Assembly: GCA_026397315.1 (NCBI GenBank)
Contig: JAPLVC010000007.1
Location: forward strand, 102,378-166,377
Direction of reading: 5' to 3'
Origin: Candidatus Aenigmatarchaeota archaeon
GTDB lineage: Archaea; Aenigmatarchaeota; Aenigmatarchaeia; QMZP01; QMZT01
Length of the DNA stretch: 64,000 bases
Under the pieces are notes generated by a model that was given only the letters and a program-made list of their open reading frames with translations, made no database searches and was not told where the DNA came from. Positions 39,532 to 49,120 of the stretch are shown here, one piece after another; position 1 is the stretch's first letter, and each line of letters opens with the position of its first letter. Position numbers and translations under genes: made by a program.

Positions 39532-39655
39532 AGCCTTTATTTTTGCTTCGCTTTTAATTTTTGTTTTTATTTAACCCAGAATTAGCAATACGTTCTGTCA
39601 CTGCTAAATTTATAAATATATAAACTTATATATATAATATTATTAAGGAGAAAGC

Positions 39656-39928
39656 ATGAAAACTCAAACGATTCATATGCCGAGACTTGACAGCGTGCTT
39701 ATGGTAGAGGATACGATAAAGAAGCTGGATTACTATCCGACAAAAAACCAGCTATGGAGAGCTCTCCCAAAAGCTATGATGTGGCAGACGTTCAACGTTA
39801 TTCTGGATTATTTAGCGAAAAGCAACAAAATATTGATTGACAAAGAAGGTAAAGTAGTATGGATATTTGCGGACAACCCAAAAATAAAGGAATTTCTGAA
39901 TAAGTCGATTCCTTATAAGAGGCAGTGA
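39656..39928 (+). CDS. Small wHTH-like protein, putative antitoxin/regulator
   Basis: PRLDSVLMVE...QLWRALPK..MWQTF..ILDYL. Directly abuts the RelE-like gene. Confidence 0.5.
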   Translation: MKTQTIHMPRLDSVLMVEDTIKKLDYYPTKNQLWRALPKAMMWQTFNVILDYLAKSNKILIDKEGKVVWIFADNPKIKEFLNKSIPYKRQ

Positions 39929-40267
39929 ATGACGGAAATAAATTTGTCGCAGGAATTTGCGAAAGAGTTTTCAGATTTGCAGAGAAGAATAGAGAAAGGC
40001 GACGGTGAAGCCGAACATCTGCTGAAGCTGATAGAAAAGGGTATAGCCAAGCTCATCGAAAATCACGAAAGCGGACAGAAAATACGGAAAAATTTATGGC
40101 CAAAATACTACGTGAACAAATACGGTATAAACAACCTTTGGAAATTAAGACTTGACGATTACTGGAGAATGATATACACTATTATCGGAGAACAAGTCCG
40201 TATTGTGGCTGTCATACTTGAAGTTATGAACCACAAAGAATACGACAAGCGTTTCGGATATAAGTAA
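39929..40267 (+). CDS. RelE/ParE-like toxin
   Basis: INLSQEFAKEF...NLWKLRL...WRMIYTI...HKEYDKRFGY. Confidence 0.7.
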   Translation: MTEINLSQEFAKEFSDLQRRIEKGDGEAEHLLKLIEKGIAKLIENHESGQKIRKNLWPKYYVNKYGINNLWKLRLDDYWRMIYTIIGEQVRIVAVILEVMNHKEYDKRFGYK

Positions 40268-40316
40268 TCAGTAATCCATCAACGATTTATCAGTAAAACA
40301 TCGATTTTTATTTATT

Positions 40317-42191
40317 TTATTTCAGCCTGATTACTTCCAGAAGCCTCGGGGCGAGCGTCTCGATCTTGTTGTATTTGTGCAGGTCGCGCGACAATTCTAG
40401 CGTCGCATATCCGTCGCCGTGGTTGCAGATTATCCTGTCGGGCCTGCTCGCGAGCCTGCTCACGAAGCTAAGGAGTTGTTTCCGATCCGAGTGGCCGGAC
40501 AACCCTTCTATCGTATCGACCGTCATCTCCATGTTTATCGTCCTGGTTTTTCCGCCCACGGACGAGATTGGCGTCTCTCTCCAGCCTTTCTGTATTCTGC
40601 GGCCGGGTGAGCCCTCGGCCTGGTAACCAACGAAAAGGAGCGTGTTCTTCTTGTCTGAAGCAAACGCCTTCAAATATTCCAGCGCCGGTCCGCCTACGAG
40701 CATGCCTGACGTCGCTATCACGACGCACGGGTCGGGCGAACCGATGACCACTTCTCGCTCTTTAGCGATTGTGATTCTCTTGAATATGTCCGCTATGAAC
40801 GGGTTCTTGCCGAAGTGGAAAATCTGCTTCTGCAGGTAGTGCGACAGGTATTCGGGGTATGCCGTGTGTATCGCCGTCGCGTCCCAGAGCATGCCTTCCA
40901 TGTAAACCGGATACTTGAAATCGTTAGCAGCGAGTATGCACATTATTTCCTGCGCTCGGCCGACCGCGAACGACGGGATGAGCACCTTGCCCCCGCGCGC
41001 CATCGCTTCGTTTACGATGCGCATGAGCTTTTCTTCAGCTTCCTTTCTCGTCGGCTTCAGGTCGCTCGAGCCGCCATAGGTCGATTCAATTATCAGCGTC
41101 TCGACGCGCGAGAAATTCGTGTAAGCCGGTTCAAAAAGCCTAGAGGGTCCGTAGAGCAAATCGCCCGTATAAAGTATGTTGTGCAGGCCGTCGCCGACGT
41201 GCAGGTGCACCAGTGCAGACCCTAGAAGATGGCCTGCCGGCTGGAGCGTCAAACGAATGTCAGTCGTCATGTCAGAGACTTCGCCGTATTCCAGCGTGAC
41301 CGTGTGCTTGACGACTTTCTCGACGGACTTCTTGGTGTAGGGAACTTTCTTCCCCTCCCTGTGGCAGATGTCAACATAATCGAGGCACAGCAGGACCATC
41401 AGGTCTCGTGTGGGCGCGGTGCAGTAGACCGGCCCTGTATATCCGTTCTCATACAGCCACGGCACGTAGCCGCAGTGGTCGAGGTGAGGATGCGAAATCA
41501 CGACGGCGTCGAGCTTTTCAATATTGAATTCCGGGACTTCGAAATAAGGGAAGTTGTCCGACGCGACATTGACGCCACAGTCGAGCAGAACATTCGACTC
41601 AGGCGTCTCGACCAGCATCGCGGAGCGCCCGACTTCGCGGAAGCCGCCCAGGCACGACAGCCTTACCCATCGGTCCGTTATTTCCTTTTTAGGCGCGTTT
41701 ATCTTCTGGCCTATGGAATTAAGAAACTTTTTTCGATAGTCGATTTCAGTATGAAGCAGATTCCGGACGGCACGCACGATTGCGCTCTCTATCGCCGGCG
41801 CCCTTTCAATCTTGGGAAGCCAGAGCGTTTCATTCTTGATTTTCTTGTAGGTCTCGCCGCCCTTGCCTATGACCATGCCCGGCTTCTGGGATTCGATTAC
41901 CACTTTCCCCATCTCCGGCTCGAAATATATCTCGCGAATGCCAGCGTCTTCGGGCACGATTTCCTTTATTTTCTTCTTCGTCTTCTCCATGTCCATCGTT
42001 ATCGACAGGTCGGGACGTATCTCTATCCTTTTCTTGAGGTTCGAGACCATCTCCCTGACTATCCTGTCGTGGTCGCGGAAGAATTCCGGGCTCTTCGTGT
42101 AGAGCACGATTTCCGGCCCCTCGAACTTGACTTCCGTAATCTGAGCTTCCTTGGACAAATTTTTCTGTAGTTCCTTCAGAATATCGTTCAT
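40317..42191 (-). CDS. fttA: Beta-CASP ribonuclease aCPSF1 / transcription termination factor FttA
   Basis: N-terminal KH domains, GGFREVGRS, SHPHLDH, AGHLLGS and SGHSD motifs; adjacent to psmB. Confidence 0.95.
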   Translation of the reverse strand: MNDILKELQKNLSKEAQITEVKFEGPEIVLYTKSPEFFRDHDRIVREMVSNLKKRIEIRPDLSITMDMEKTKKKIKEIVPEDAGIREIYFEPEMGKVVIESQKPGMVIGKGGETYKKIKNETLWLPKIERAPAIESAIVRAVRNLLHTEIDYRKKFLNSIGQKINAPKKEITDRWVRLSCLGGFREVGRSAMLVETPESNVLLDCGVNVASDNFPYFEVPEFNIEKLDAVVISHPHLDHCGYVPWLYENGYTGPVYCTAPTRDLMVLLCLDYVDICHREGKKVPYTKKSVEKVVKHTVTLEYGEVSDMTTDIRLTLQPAGHLLGSALVHLHVGDGLHNILYTGDLLYGPSRLFEPAYTNFSRVETLIIESTYGGSSDLKPTRKEAEEKLMRIVNEAMARGGKVLIPSFAVGRAQEIMCILAANDFKYPVYMEGMLWDATAIHTAYPEYLSHYLQKQIFHFGKNPFIADIFKRITIAKEREVVIGSPDPCVVIATSGMLVGGPALEYLKAFASDKKNTLLFVGYQAEGSPGRRIQKGWRETPISSVGGKTRTINMEMTVDTIEGLSGHSDRKQLLSFVSRLASRPDRIICNHGDGYATLELSRDLHKYNKIETLAPRLLEVIRLK

Positions 42192-42242
42192 TGTAATCTC
42201 TCCTCGTGGGTATAAAATTCGCGCTATGACGCGTTGAAAATA

Positions 42243-42875
42243 TCACTTCATACAAGCTTTGACTTCATCGTCGCTTAGCGACGTCATGCCTTTCTGGGTT
42301 ATGACCATGACGTCTATGCCCGAGCCGCCTGATGCGATATCCCTTTCAATCGCGGCTCTTACGGCGCGGACCGCGAGCTTCTTGGTGCTCTCGACGTCTA
42401 ACCCTTCCTTGAACTTGTCCTCAAGGACGCCGAGTGCCATGACCGAGCCAGAACCGGTGGAAAAATAACTGTCCTCCTCAATCACCGAGCCGCTCGGGTC
42501 GAACGAGAAAAGCTTTGGGGCGGCGTCGTATCCGCCTATCAGTAGTTGCACGTAATATGGGTAGTAACTCCTGGCGTAAAGTATGTTCGCGACCAGCGAC
42601 GCTATCGACTTGATGTTCATTCTCCTCGATTCCTCGAGCTCGTAGAGCTTTATCTCGGCCTTGACGTAGCGCTCCAGCGCCTGTGCGTCTCCCACGCTTC
42701 CCGCGATCGTCATGGCCGCGTGGTCTGCGAGCTTCATTATCTTCTTAGTATTCTTGCTGGCGACGAGGTAGCCCATAGTCGCCTTTCGCTCGGCCGCGAG
42801 GACGACGAAGTCCTTGCCCACTATGCCGAGCGTCGTCGTGCCGGTATGCAAGTTCTCTATCTTTCTTTCTGTCAT
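42243..42875 (-). CDS. psmB: Proteasome subunit beta
   Basis: Propeptide then TG|TTTLG; GSVGDAQ, TGSGS and RDIASG motifs. Confidence 0.96.
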   Translation of the reverse strand: MTERKIENLHTGTTTLGIVGKDFVVLAAERKATMGYLVASKNTKKIMKLADHAAMTIAGSVGDAQALERYVKAEIKLYELEESRRMNIKSIASLVANILYARSYYPYYVQLLIGGYDAAPKLFSFDPSGSVIEEDSYFSTGSGSVMALGVLEDKFKEGLDVESTKKLAVRAVRAAIERDIASGGSGIDVMVITQKGMTSLSDDEVKACMK

Positions 42876-43006
42876 AATTATCACACATCACTTATACACA
42901 TATACATAACACACGGCCTCAATTGCCGCAACAAAGAACCCGTGCATTCAGAATATTGATATTGTATTACAAGGGAGTATTTAAATATTTTCTATCGTGC
43001 AGGATA

Positions 43007-43130
43007 TGCCCCGGCCGGGAGTCGAACCCGGGTCATCGGATCGAGAGTCCGATATCCTTGGCCTTTGTCCAAGCCATTTCCGGCTTTTCGCTTAAGCCTT
43101 TTTGGAAAAGGCTTACTAGACTACCGGGGC
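43007..43130 (-). tRNA. tRNA-Glu(CUC) with a non-canonical D-loop intron at 15/16 (43065-43115, 51 nt)
   Basis: Spliced form: GCCCCGG TA GTCT AGAGGCCAA GGAT A TCGGA CTCTCGA TCCGA TGAC CCGGG TTCGACT CCCGG CCGGGGC A. BHB has central helix GTCT/GGAC and bulges AGT and AAA. Confidence 0.9.
43085..43116 (-). repeat. 32-bp palindromic element occupying the tRNA-Glu intron
   Basis: + strand TTTTCGCTTAAGCCTTTTTGGAAAAGGCTTAC; one mismatch to 33106-33137. Confidence 0.9.
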
Positions 43131-43230
43131 AGGGTATAAAATCCTTTTAAAGCATTTATATATAAATAGCAGATAATCCAAATACTTTATTGCGCCCGGG
43201 GCTAATTCGTACGCGGGCAGCGGTGATTTT

Positions 43231-44028
43231 ATGACAACCATAAAAGTTATCGAGAAGCCGAAGCTGAAAAATGCGATTCTCATTGAAGGATTGCCAGGCG
43301 TCGGCAACATCGGACGCGTAGCGGCCGGTTACATGGTCGAGGAGCTGAAGGCGAAGAAGTTCGCCGAGCTTTATTCCGAGTGGTTTTTCCCTTTCGTCAT
43401 GCTGCACAAGAAATACAAGATTCACCTTCTGAAGAACGAGTTCTATTACGTCAAGGGCAGGAAAAAGGGGCAGAGGGACATCGTCCTGCTGGTCGGCGAC
43501 TGCCAGTCGCTCACGCCGCAGGGGCATTACGAGGTCAGCGAAAAGATTCTCGACTTCGTGGAGGATCTTGGCGTGACTGAAATCATAACCATCGGCGGCC
43601 TCGCCACGGGCGACCTGGAAAGCAAAAAAAAGGTCATAGGCGCGGTCACCGACGACAGAATGCTTAATAAATACAAGAAATACAATATCGATTTCGACGC
43701 GGGCGACAAGGTCGGCTACATCGTCGGAGCGGTCGGCCTTTTGCTGGGCCTCTGGAAGCAGAGGGACAAGGATGGCATCTGTCTCCTAGGGCAAACGGCC
43801 GGGTTCCCCATAGTCACGGATCCGAAGGCGGCCGAGACGGTGCTCGAGGTCCTGACCAGGATAGTCAACATCAAGCTCGACATGAAGAAGCTCGACAAGA
43901 AAGTGAAGGAAATGGAAAACTTCATCAGGAAAGTCGAGGCGCTCCAGAAACGCGCGCTCATGGAAATAACAAAAACGGGCAGCGGCGACAAGGGGCAGAA
44001 GACCGACGAGACTAGATACATAGGGTGA
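43231..44028 (+). CDS. PAC2 family proteasome assembly chaperone
   Basis: [23 protein letters not shown] and DPKAA motifs. Confidence 0.9.
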   Translation: MTTIKVIEKPKLKNAILIEGLPGVGNIGRVAAGYMVEELKAKKFAELYSEWFFPFVMLHKKYKIHLLKNEFYYVKGRKKGQRDIVLLVGDCQSLTPQGHYEVSEKILDFVEDLGVTEIITIGGLATGDLESKKKVIGAVTDDRMLNKYKKYNIDFDAGDKVGYIVGAVGLLLGLWKQRDKDGICLLGQTAGFPIVTDPKAAETVLEVLTRIVNIKLDMKKLDKKVKEMENFIRKVEALQKRALMEITKTGSGDKGQKTDETRYIG

Positions 44029-44032
44029 TGAT

Positions 44033-44212
44033 ATGGAAAAACATTACACGAGATACGAGAAGGCAAGGATAATATCGGCGCGCGCGCTCCAGATAGCGCA
44101 GGGCGCTCCCATACTTGTCAAGATTCCCAAGGGCCTTTCGGACCCGAAGGAAATCGCGAAAATTGAATGGGAAGCCGGCGTGGTACCGATAGATATCAAG
44201 AAACTTGCGTAA
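44033..44212 (+). CDS. rpoK: RNA polymerase subunit K (Rpo6)
   Basis: Hand translation: [59 protein letters not shown]. Not in ORF track. Confidence 0.95.
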   Translation: MEKHYTRYEKARIISARALQIAQGAPILVKIPKGLSDPKEIAKIEWEAGVVPIDIKKLA

Positions 44213-44247
44213 GCTATTTTTATCTCCCTGACCATATTATTGATAGC

Positions 44248-45492
44248 ATGATAAAGGATGTCAGGATTTATTCGGTTTACAACTCCAAGGGAGACCACGC
44301 GCTGCGCGTGAAAATACAGACGGGCGACAACAAGTTCTTCTCCGCTTCCATCCCGTCGGGCACGTCGAAAGGCAAGAATGAAGCGAAGGATTTCGACATG
44401 AAGAAGATCCTGGAAATCTTCCCCAAGGTCAGGCAAAACGTCATCGGCCTCGACGAGAACGACTGGGTGACCGCCGACGAGATAATAGAGCAGACTGACA
44501 ATTCAAAGAACTATAACAGCATAGGCATCTCGCTAGCGCTGGGGTTATCGCTGGCGATTGCGAAGGCATCGACAGCAGGCGAGCTGTGGAAGCTGCGCGG
44601 CGCGAAGACGACTTACAAGTTCCCGCTGCCGCTTGGGAATGTGATAGGCGGCGGCTCGCACGGCGGCGGCACGGCGTGGCAGGAATTTCTGATACTTCCA
44701 TACAAGGCAAAGTCGCCGATGGAAGCGACCCAGACAAACTATGAGATGTGGAAGGTCGTCGGCGAGGAGCTGCAGAGGAACGGCTGGCTGCTCAGCAGGA
44801 ACATCGAGAACGCGTGGACGGCGAGCATCGACGATCTTAAAACGCTGGACCTGCTTTCTTCGATTGCCGAGGACTTTAACGTGCGGCTTGGCGTCGACTT
44901 CGCGGCTTCGTCGCTCTGGAACGGCAAGACATATGCTTACAAGCCGCTCAAGAAAATGCTGACGCCAGAAAAGCAAATCGATGCCATCGTGCGCACGGCA
45001 GAGGTTTACGACCTTTACTATCTGGAAGACCCGCTGCACGAGGACGACTTCATCGGCTTTGCCGAGCTGAACAAACGTTTGCACGGCAGGCTCATCGTGG
45101 GCGACGACCTTTTCTGCACCAACAGGGAGCGCGTCGCAAAGGGCATAGAGTTGCGCTCGGCCAACGCGGCGATAATAAAGCCCAACCAGTACGGCACGCT
45201 CTACCAGGTGAGCAAGGTCATCCGCCTAATGAAGAAGAACGGTATGGTTCCCATAGTGTCTCATCGTTCCGGCGAGACGGAAGACGACTGGCTGTCCGAC
45301 CTGGCGCTCACGTGGGACTCGCCTATAATCAAGATAGGCAACCTCGGCTCGGACATACCGAAGCACAGCAGGTTCGCGGAGCTGTGGAACGACATCCCGA
45401 ACAAGCGCATGGCGCCGCTGCCGATTCTCGAAACCGCGGATGTCGAAGCGGACGAAGGAAAAGAAAACGATGAAGAAGAGAAAGACGAGTAG
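44248..45492 (+). CDS. eno: Enolase (divergent)
   Basis: PSGTS, NVIGGGSH, QEF, LEDP, VGDDL, IIKPNQ and SHRSGETED motifs; follows rpoK. Confidence 0.9.
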   Translation: MIKDVRIYSVYNSKGDHALRVKIQTGDNKFFSASIPSGTSKGKNEAKDFDMKKILEIFPKVRQNVIGLDENDWVTADEIIEQTDNSKNYNSIGISLALGLSLAIAKASTAGELWKLRGAKTTYKFPLPLGNVIGGGSHGGGTAWQEFLILPYKAKSPMEATQTNYEMWKVVGEELQRNGWLLSRNIENAWTASIDDLKTLDLLSSIAEDFNVRLGVDFAASSLWNGKTYAYKPLKKMLTPEKQIDAIVRTAEVYDLYYLEDPLHEDDFIGFAELNKRLHGRLIVGDDLFCTNRERVAKGIELRSANAAIIKPNQYGTLYQVSKVIRLMKKNGMVPIVSHRSGETEDDWLSDLALTWDSPIIKIGNLGSDIPKHSRFAELWNDIPNKRMAPLPILETADVEADEGKENDEEEKDE

Positions 45493-45516
45493 TTTTTCTA
45501 AACTCTTTTCTGAATT

Positions 45517-46515
45517 CTAGACGAACGCCTGGCTTATGTCCAGCGCTCTCGCCGAATGTGTGAGGCAGCCGAGCGATACGGCGTCAACGCCTGCTTTCGC
45601 GTATTGGGCTATGTTATCAAGCTTCACGCCGCCCGACGCCTCGAGAAGCACGTAATCGTAGAGTTTCTTCTCTTTCAGCGCGGCGATGGTTTTTCTGACA
45701 CCTAGAGGCGAGAAGTTGTCGAGCATGATTATGCACGCCTTGATTTCCTTGTCCTTGTTCTGCAGGAACTTGAACCGCTCGCCAGCGCGTATCGCCTCCT
45801 TCAGGTTCCTAGCTTCTATCTCAATGAACACCGTCCGCTTCCGCTGTTCCCATGCCTTGTCAATCGCATGCGCGATCGGGTCCTTGACATTGTGCTTTTT
45901 CAGCGCGTCGATGTGGTTGTCCTTTATCAGGAAGGATTCGAAAAGTCCGAGCCTGTGCGCATATCCTCCGCCGAGCGTGACGGCTTTCTTGTCGAGAAAG
46001 CCCCATGGCGTCTTGCGCGTGCCCGCGACTATGGTGCGAAAGTCTTCTTTTTTCAGCAGCTCCGCGTGCCTGTGAGTCTCGGTAGCGATGCCGCTCATGC
46101 GCTGGAGAAGATTGAGGCCGGTCCTTTCAATGGCAAGTATTTTTTTCTCAGGGCCTTCCAGCTCGAAAAGCCTGTCGCCCCTGCATATCGCCTCGCCGTC
46201 TTTTTTGTGGCGGGTGAGCGTTATGCCGCTGCGACCGCAAAGCCATGCAAGCTCGTCGCCGCCTGCAAGAATCCCGTCGTCTTTGGTTGTTATCTCCGCC
46301 TTGGCGGGCGCGCCGCCTAACAACGCGTCGCTCGTTATGTCGCCGGTACCGACGTCCTCTTTCATGAGGCCGACGAGCAAGCCTTCAAGGCTTCTCTCGT
46401 ATTCCGGGTTCCTCAAGACAAGGAAAAACGAGCGGTCATACGCCAGCTTTATCAGGCGGGGCCGGCTGTTCTCGCGCGGCGTCGGCTCCAGGCGGCCCAA
46501 AGACTTCACTCCCAT
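45517..46515 (-). CDS. nadC: Quinolinate phosphoribosyltransferase
   Basis: EDVGTGDITS, ERTGLNLLQRMSGIAT, TRKT, IKDNH, MLDN and EASGG motifs. Confidence 0.95.
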   Translation of the reverse strand: MGVKSLGRLEPTPRENSRPRLIKLAYDRSFFLVLRNPEYERSLEGLLVGLMKEDVGTGDITSDALLGGAPAKAEITTKDDGILAGGDELAWLCGRSGITLTRHKKDGEAICRGDRLFELEGPEKKILAIERTGLNLLQRMSGIATETHRHAELLKKEDFRTIVAGTRKTPWGFLDKKAVTLGGGYAHRLGLFESFLIKDNHIDALKKHNVKDPIAHAIDKAWEQRKRTVFIEIEARNLKEAIRAGERFKFLQNKDKEIKACIIMLDNFSPLGVRKTIAALKEKKLYDYVLLEASGGVKLDNIAQYAKAGVDAVSLGCLTHSARALDISQAFV

Positions 46516-47864
46516 AATTCTAAATTCACCGCGTTATTTAAAAAAATATTTTCGGCCTTCATGCGTGATATGAAATTATCTTCTTCGAAAATCACGAACT
46601 TCGTATCGTAGTCGCTCTTCTGCTTGTAGTCGCTCGTTGACGAGTATTCGCTCTTGACGTGGTAGTCGGAGAGCGAGACGCTCGTCTCGTGCTTCGAAGC
46701 GTATTTCTCCTCGCTTATGGCGTCCTCGATGTGCATCGTTTTTTTAATCTCGAACGTGTATTCGCTTTCAATCGAAGGTACGGAAGCGATTTGCTGGCTG
46801 CTGCTCTCGAAGCGCCATACCTCTTCGCCCGTTCTCCGGTCGAGCGCGTAGTAATGGCAGTCCCAGCTGCCGAAGCAGAGCAAATCGCCTATTATTTTGG
46901 CATCGTCAAGTATGCCCGCCCCTGCCTTGTATCTCCACAGCTCCTTGCCAGTCTCCGCATCTATGGCGTAGAAAAACGAGTCCTCGGAGCCGAAATAAAC
47001 CACGCCGGCGTGCACGATGTTCTTGGCTATGAAGCCGCCCGTGTGGAAGCGCCATATTTCCTTCCCGTCCATGGTGAGGGCGTAGACTATGCCGTCTCGC
47101 GTGGAGTGGTAGAGCCTGTTTTTGTAAAGCGACGGTGTGCTGACGTTACCGTACTTGCCCGTCCGGAAGCGCCATATCTCTTTTCCGGTATCCACATCAA
47201 GGCAATAGAGATGATTGTCAAGCACGGCGAAATAAATCCTGCCGTCCTTTATCAGCATCTGCCTGTTTATCTGGGCATCGTCGCCTGTGATGAAGCGCCA
47301 TACTTCCTTTCCGCTTTTCGCGTCGAGGCAGTAGATATTGTGATCGCATGCGCCGAAGAACAGCACGTTTTTGTAAAATGTGATCGTGGATGCTATCAGG
47401 CCGCCGGCCTTGAAGCGCCAGAGCAGTTTCCCTGTCGCCGTGTCGAGAGCGTAGAGATTCTGGTCCTCAGAGCCGAAGACGACCATCCCGCCGCAAACGC
47501 CCGGCGTGCTGAACAGCCTGCCTCCGGTCTTGAAGCGCCAGACCTCTTTGCCGGTTTTTATGTCAACCGCATACAAGTGGTTGTCGTAAGATGGTGTGAA
47601 AAGAAGCTTCCCGTCTGTCGCCGGCGAACCGTAGTTGCGGTCGTTCGTGCGGAAGCGCCATATCTCTTTCCCCGTTTTCGCTTCTATAGCATAAACGTAA
47701 TGGTCGCCGCAGGGCGCGTATATCACGCCTTCGTGCATCATGGTGAAGCAGAAGCTGCCACCCTCGCCTATCTTGAAGGCGCGGTCCCATTTCTTGGCCT
47801 TCCTGACCGTGAAATCCTCCAGTTCGGCATTCAGGCCTTCGAAGCCCTCGAAGTCGAATTGCAT
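46506..47864 (-). CDS. PQQ-like beta-propeller repeat protein, no signal peptide
   Basis: About 8 repeats of YA(L/I)D..TGKE(I/V)WRF; Tyr/Ser-rich tail. Confidence 0.9.
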   Translation of the reverse strand: MQFDFEGFEGLNAELEDFTVRKAKKWDRAFKIGEGGSFCFTMMHEGVIYAPCGDHYVYAIEAKTGKEIWRFRTNDRNYGSPATDGKLLFTPSYDNHLYAVDIKTGKEVWRFKTGGRLFSTPGVCGGMVVFGSEDQNLYALDTATGKLLWRFKAGGLIASTITFYKNVLFFGACDHNIYCLDAKSGKEVWRFITGDDAQINRQMLIKDGRIYFAVLDNHLYCLDVDTGKEIWRFRTGKYGNVSTPSLYKNRLYHSTRDGIVYALTMDGKEIWRFHTGGFIAKNIVHAGVVYFGSEDSFFYAIDAETGKELWRYKAGAGILDDAKIIGDLLCFGSWDCHYYALDRRTGEEVWRFESSSQQIASVPSIESEYTFEIKKTMHIEDAISEEKYASKHETSVSLSDYHVKSEYSSTSDYKQKSDYDTKFVIFEEDNFISRMKAENIFLNNAVNLELWE

Positions 47865-48001
47865 ACTCCAGAATAGGCGAAAAGGTTTAAAAAACGTATA
47901 TTTATTAATATACCTCACATATATTAGGATTATCTATTAATGCCGGAACGCATAATACGATTGTGTTTATCGGTAATTAATGGCTTTAATGGTGAAATTA
48001 C

Positions 48002-48628
48002 ATGACGGTTAAAACCACGAAAGACGATGGGACGAATCAGCCGGGCAACATGCTGGTCGACAGGACCGAATACCTTACTTCAGGCGTGCACATAGGCATG
48101 AAAACCTGCACGAAATACATGAAGCAGTTCATCTACAAGATCAGAGAGGACGGGCTAGCGGTTTTCAACATCCAGATGGTGGACGAGAGGCTCAGGATGG
48201 CCGCCAGATTCCTTTCAAATTTCAACAACATCATGATCGTATCGAGAAAAGGGAATGGTATAACGCCCGCGGATAAAATGGCAGAGATCCTCGACGGCAA
48301 GGCCATAAGCGGCCGCTTCCCGCCGGGAACGCTCACGAACCCGTCTTTCCGCAACTTCTACGAGCCCGACGTCATATTCCTTATAGACCCGCTGGTCGAC
48401 AAGCAGGCCATCACGGAGGCGAAGAGGAAGCGCATTCCTGTCATCGCCTTGTGCGACACCTTCAACGAGGCGAGCGACGTCGACCTGATCATACCCGCCA
48501 ACAACAACGGCAGGAAATCGCTAGCTCTGATCTGCTGGATCATGACGAGGGAGATACTCAAGAACAAGGGGAAAATAAAGGAGAATTCCGAGTTCGCGCA
48601 CACGCTCCAGGACTTCGGTTCCGAATGA
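48002..48628 (+). CDS. rps2: 30S ribosomal protein S2
   Basis: YLTSGVHIG, GRFPPGTLTNP, IPVIALCDT and PANNNGRKS motifs. Confidence 0.96.
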   Translation: MTVKTTKDDGTNQPGNMLVDRTEYLTSGVHIGMKTCTKYMKQFIYKIREDGLAVFNIQMVDERLRMAARFLSNFNNIMIVSRKGNGITPADKMAEILDGKAISGRFPPGTLTNPSFRNFYEPDVIFLIDPLVDKQAITEAKRKRIPVIALCDTFNEASDVDLIIPANNNGRKSLALICWIMTREILKNKGKIKENSEFAHTLQDFGSE

Positions 48629-48643
48629 TGTTCAAGTGATAGC

Positions 48644-49120
48644 ATGAATGTAAGCTCACAGAAAAAGCTGGCCGCGAAGGTCATGGGTATCGGCTTGTCA
48701 AGGGTCAGGATTGTCGACGAGAAGAGCGTCGGCGAAGCGCTGACCAGGAACGACATACGCAGGCTCATTTCCCACGGAGCGATAACGTCAGTCGAGAAGC
48801 GCGGCACGAGCAAGAAATATTCCGCTCACAGGCAAAGCCAGAAGAAAAAGGGCAGGCGCGTAGGCAAAGGCAGCTGGAAAGGCCGCAAGTTTTCCAAGAA
48901 AACCCACAAGGAGCACTGGATGTCCACGATTCGTCCGTTACGACGCCTGCTGCGACAACTTAGAGACGAGGGGAAACTCAGCGTCAACGATTACAGAAGG
49001 ATATACTACATGATGAAAGGCGGTGCGTTCAGAAACAAGAACCACTTGCTTTACTACCTCAAGGGCCAGGAGCTTATAGAATCCAAAGATAAAGTCAAGG
49101 AAAAGGGTGCCAATAAATGA
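48644..49120 (+). CDS. rpl19e: 50S ribosomal protein L19e
   Basis: QKKLAA, TRNDIRRLI, KKGRRVGKGS and KGGAF motifs. Confidence 0.95.
   Translation: MNVSSQKKLAAKVMGIGLSRVRIVDEKSVGEALTRNDIRRLISHGAITSVEKRGTSKKYSAHRQSQKKKGRRVGKGSWKGRKFSKKTHKEHWMSTIRPLRRLLRQLRDEGKLSVNDYRRIYYMMKGGAFRNKNHLLYYLKGQELIESKDKVKEKGANK

Noticed and set aside
46659-47876. Long antisense ORFs (for example 46659-47876, 55188-56288, 21978-22988, 41229-42170)
   Set aside because: Shadow frames of well-supported GC3-rich genes, with no motifs of their own.
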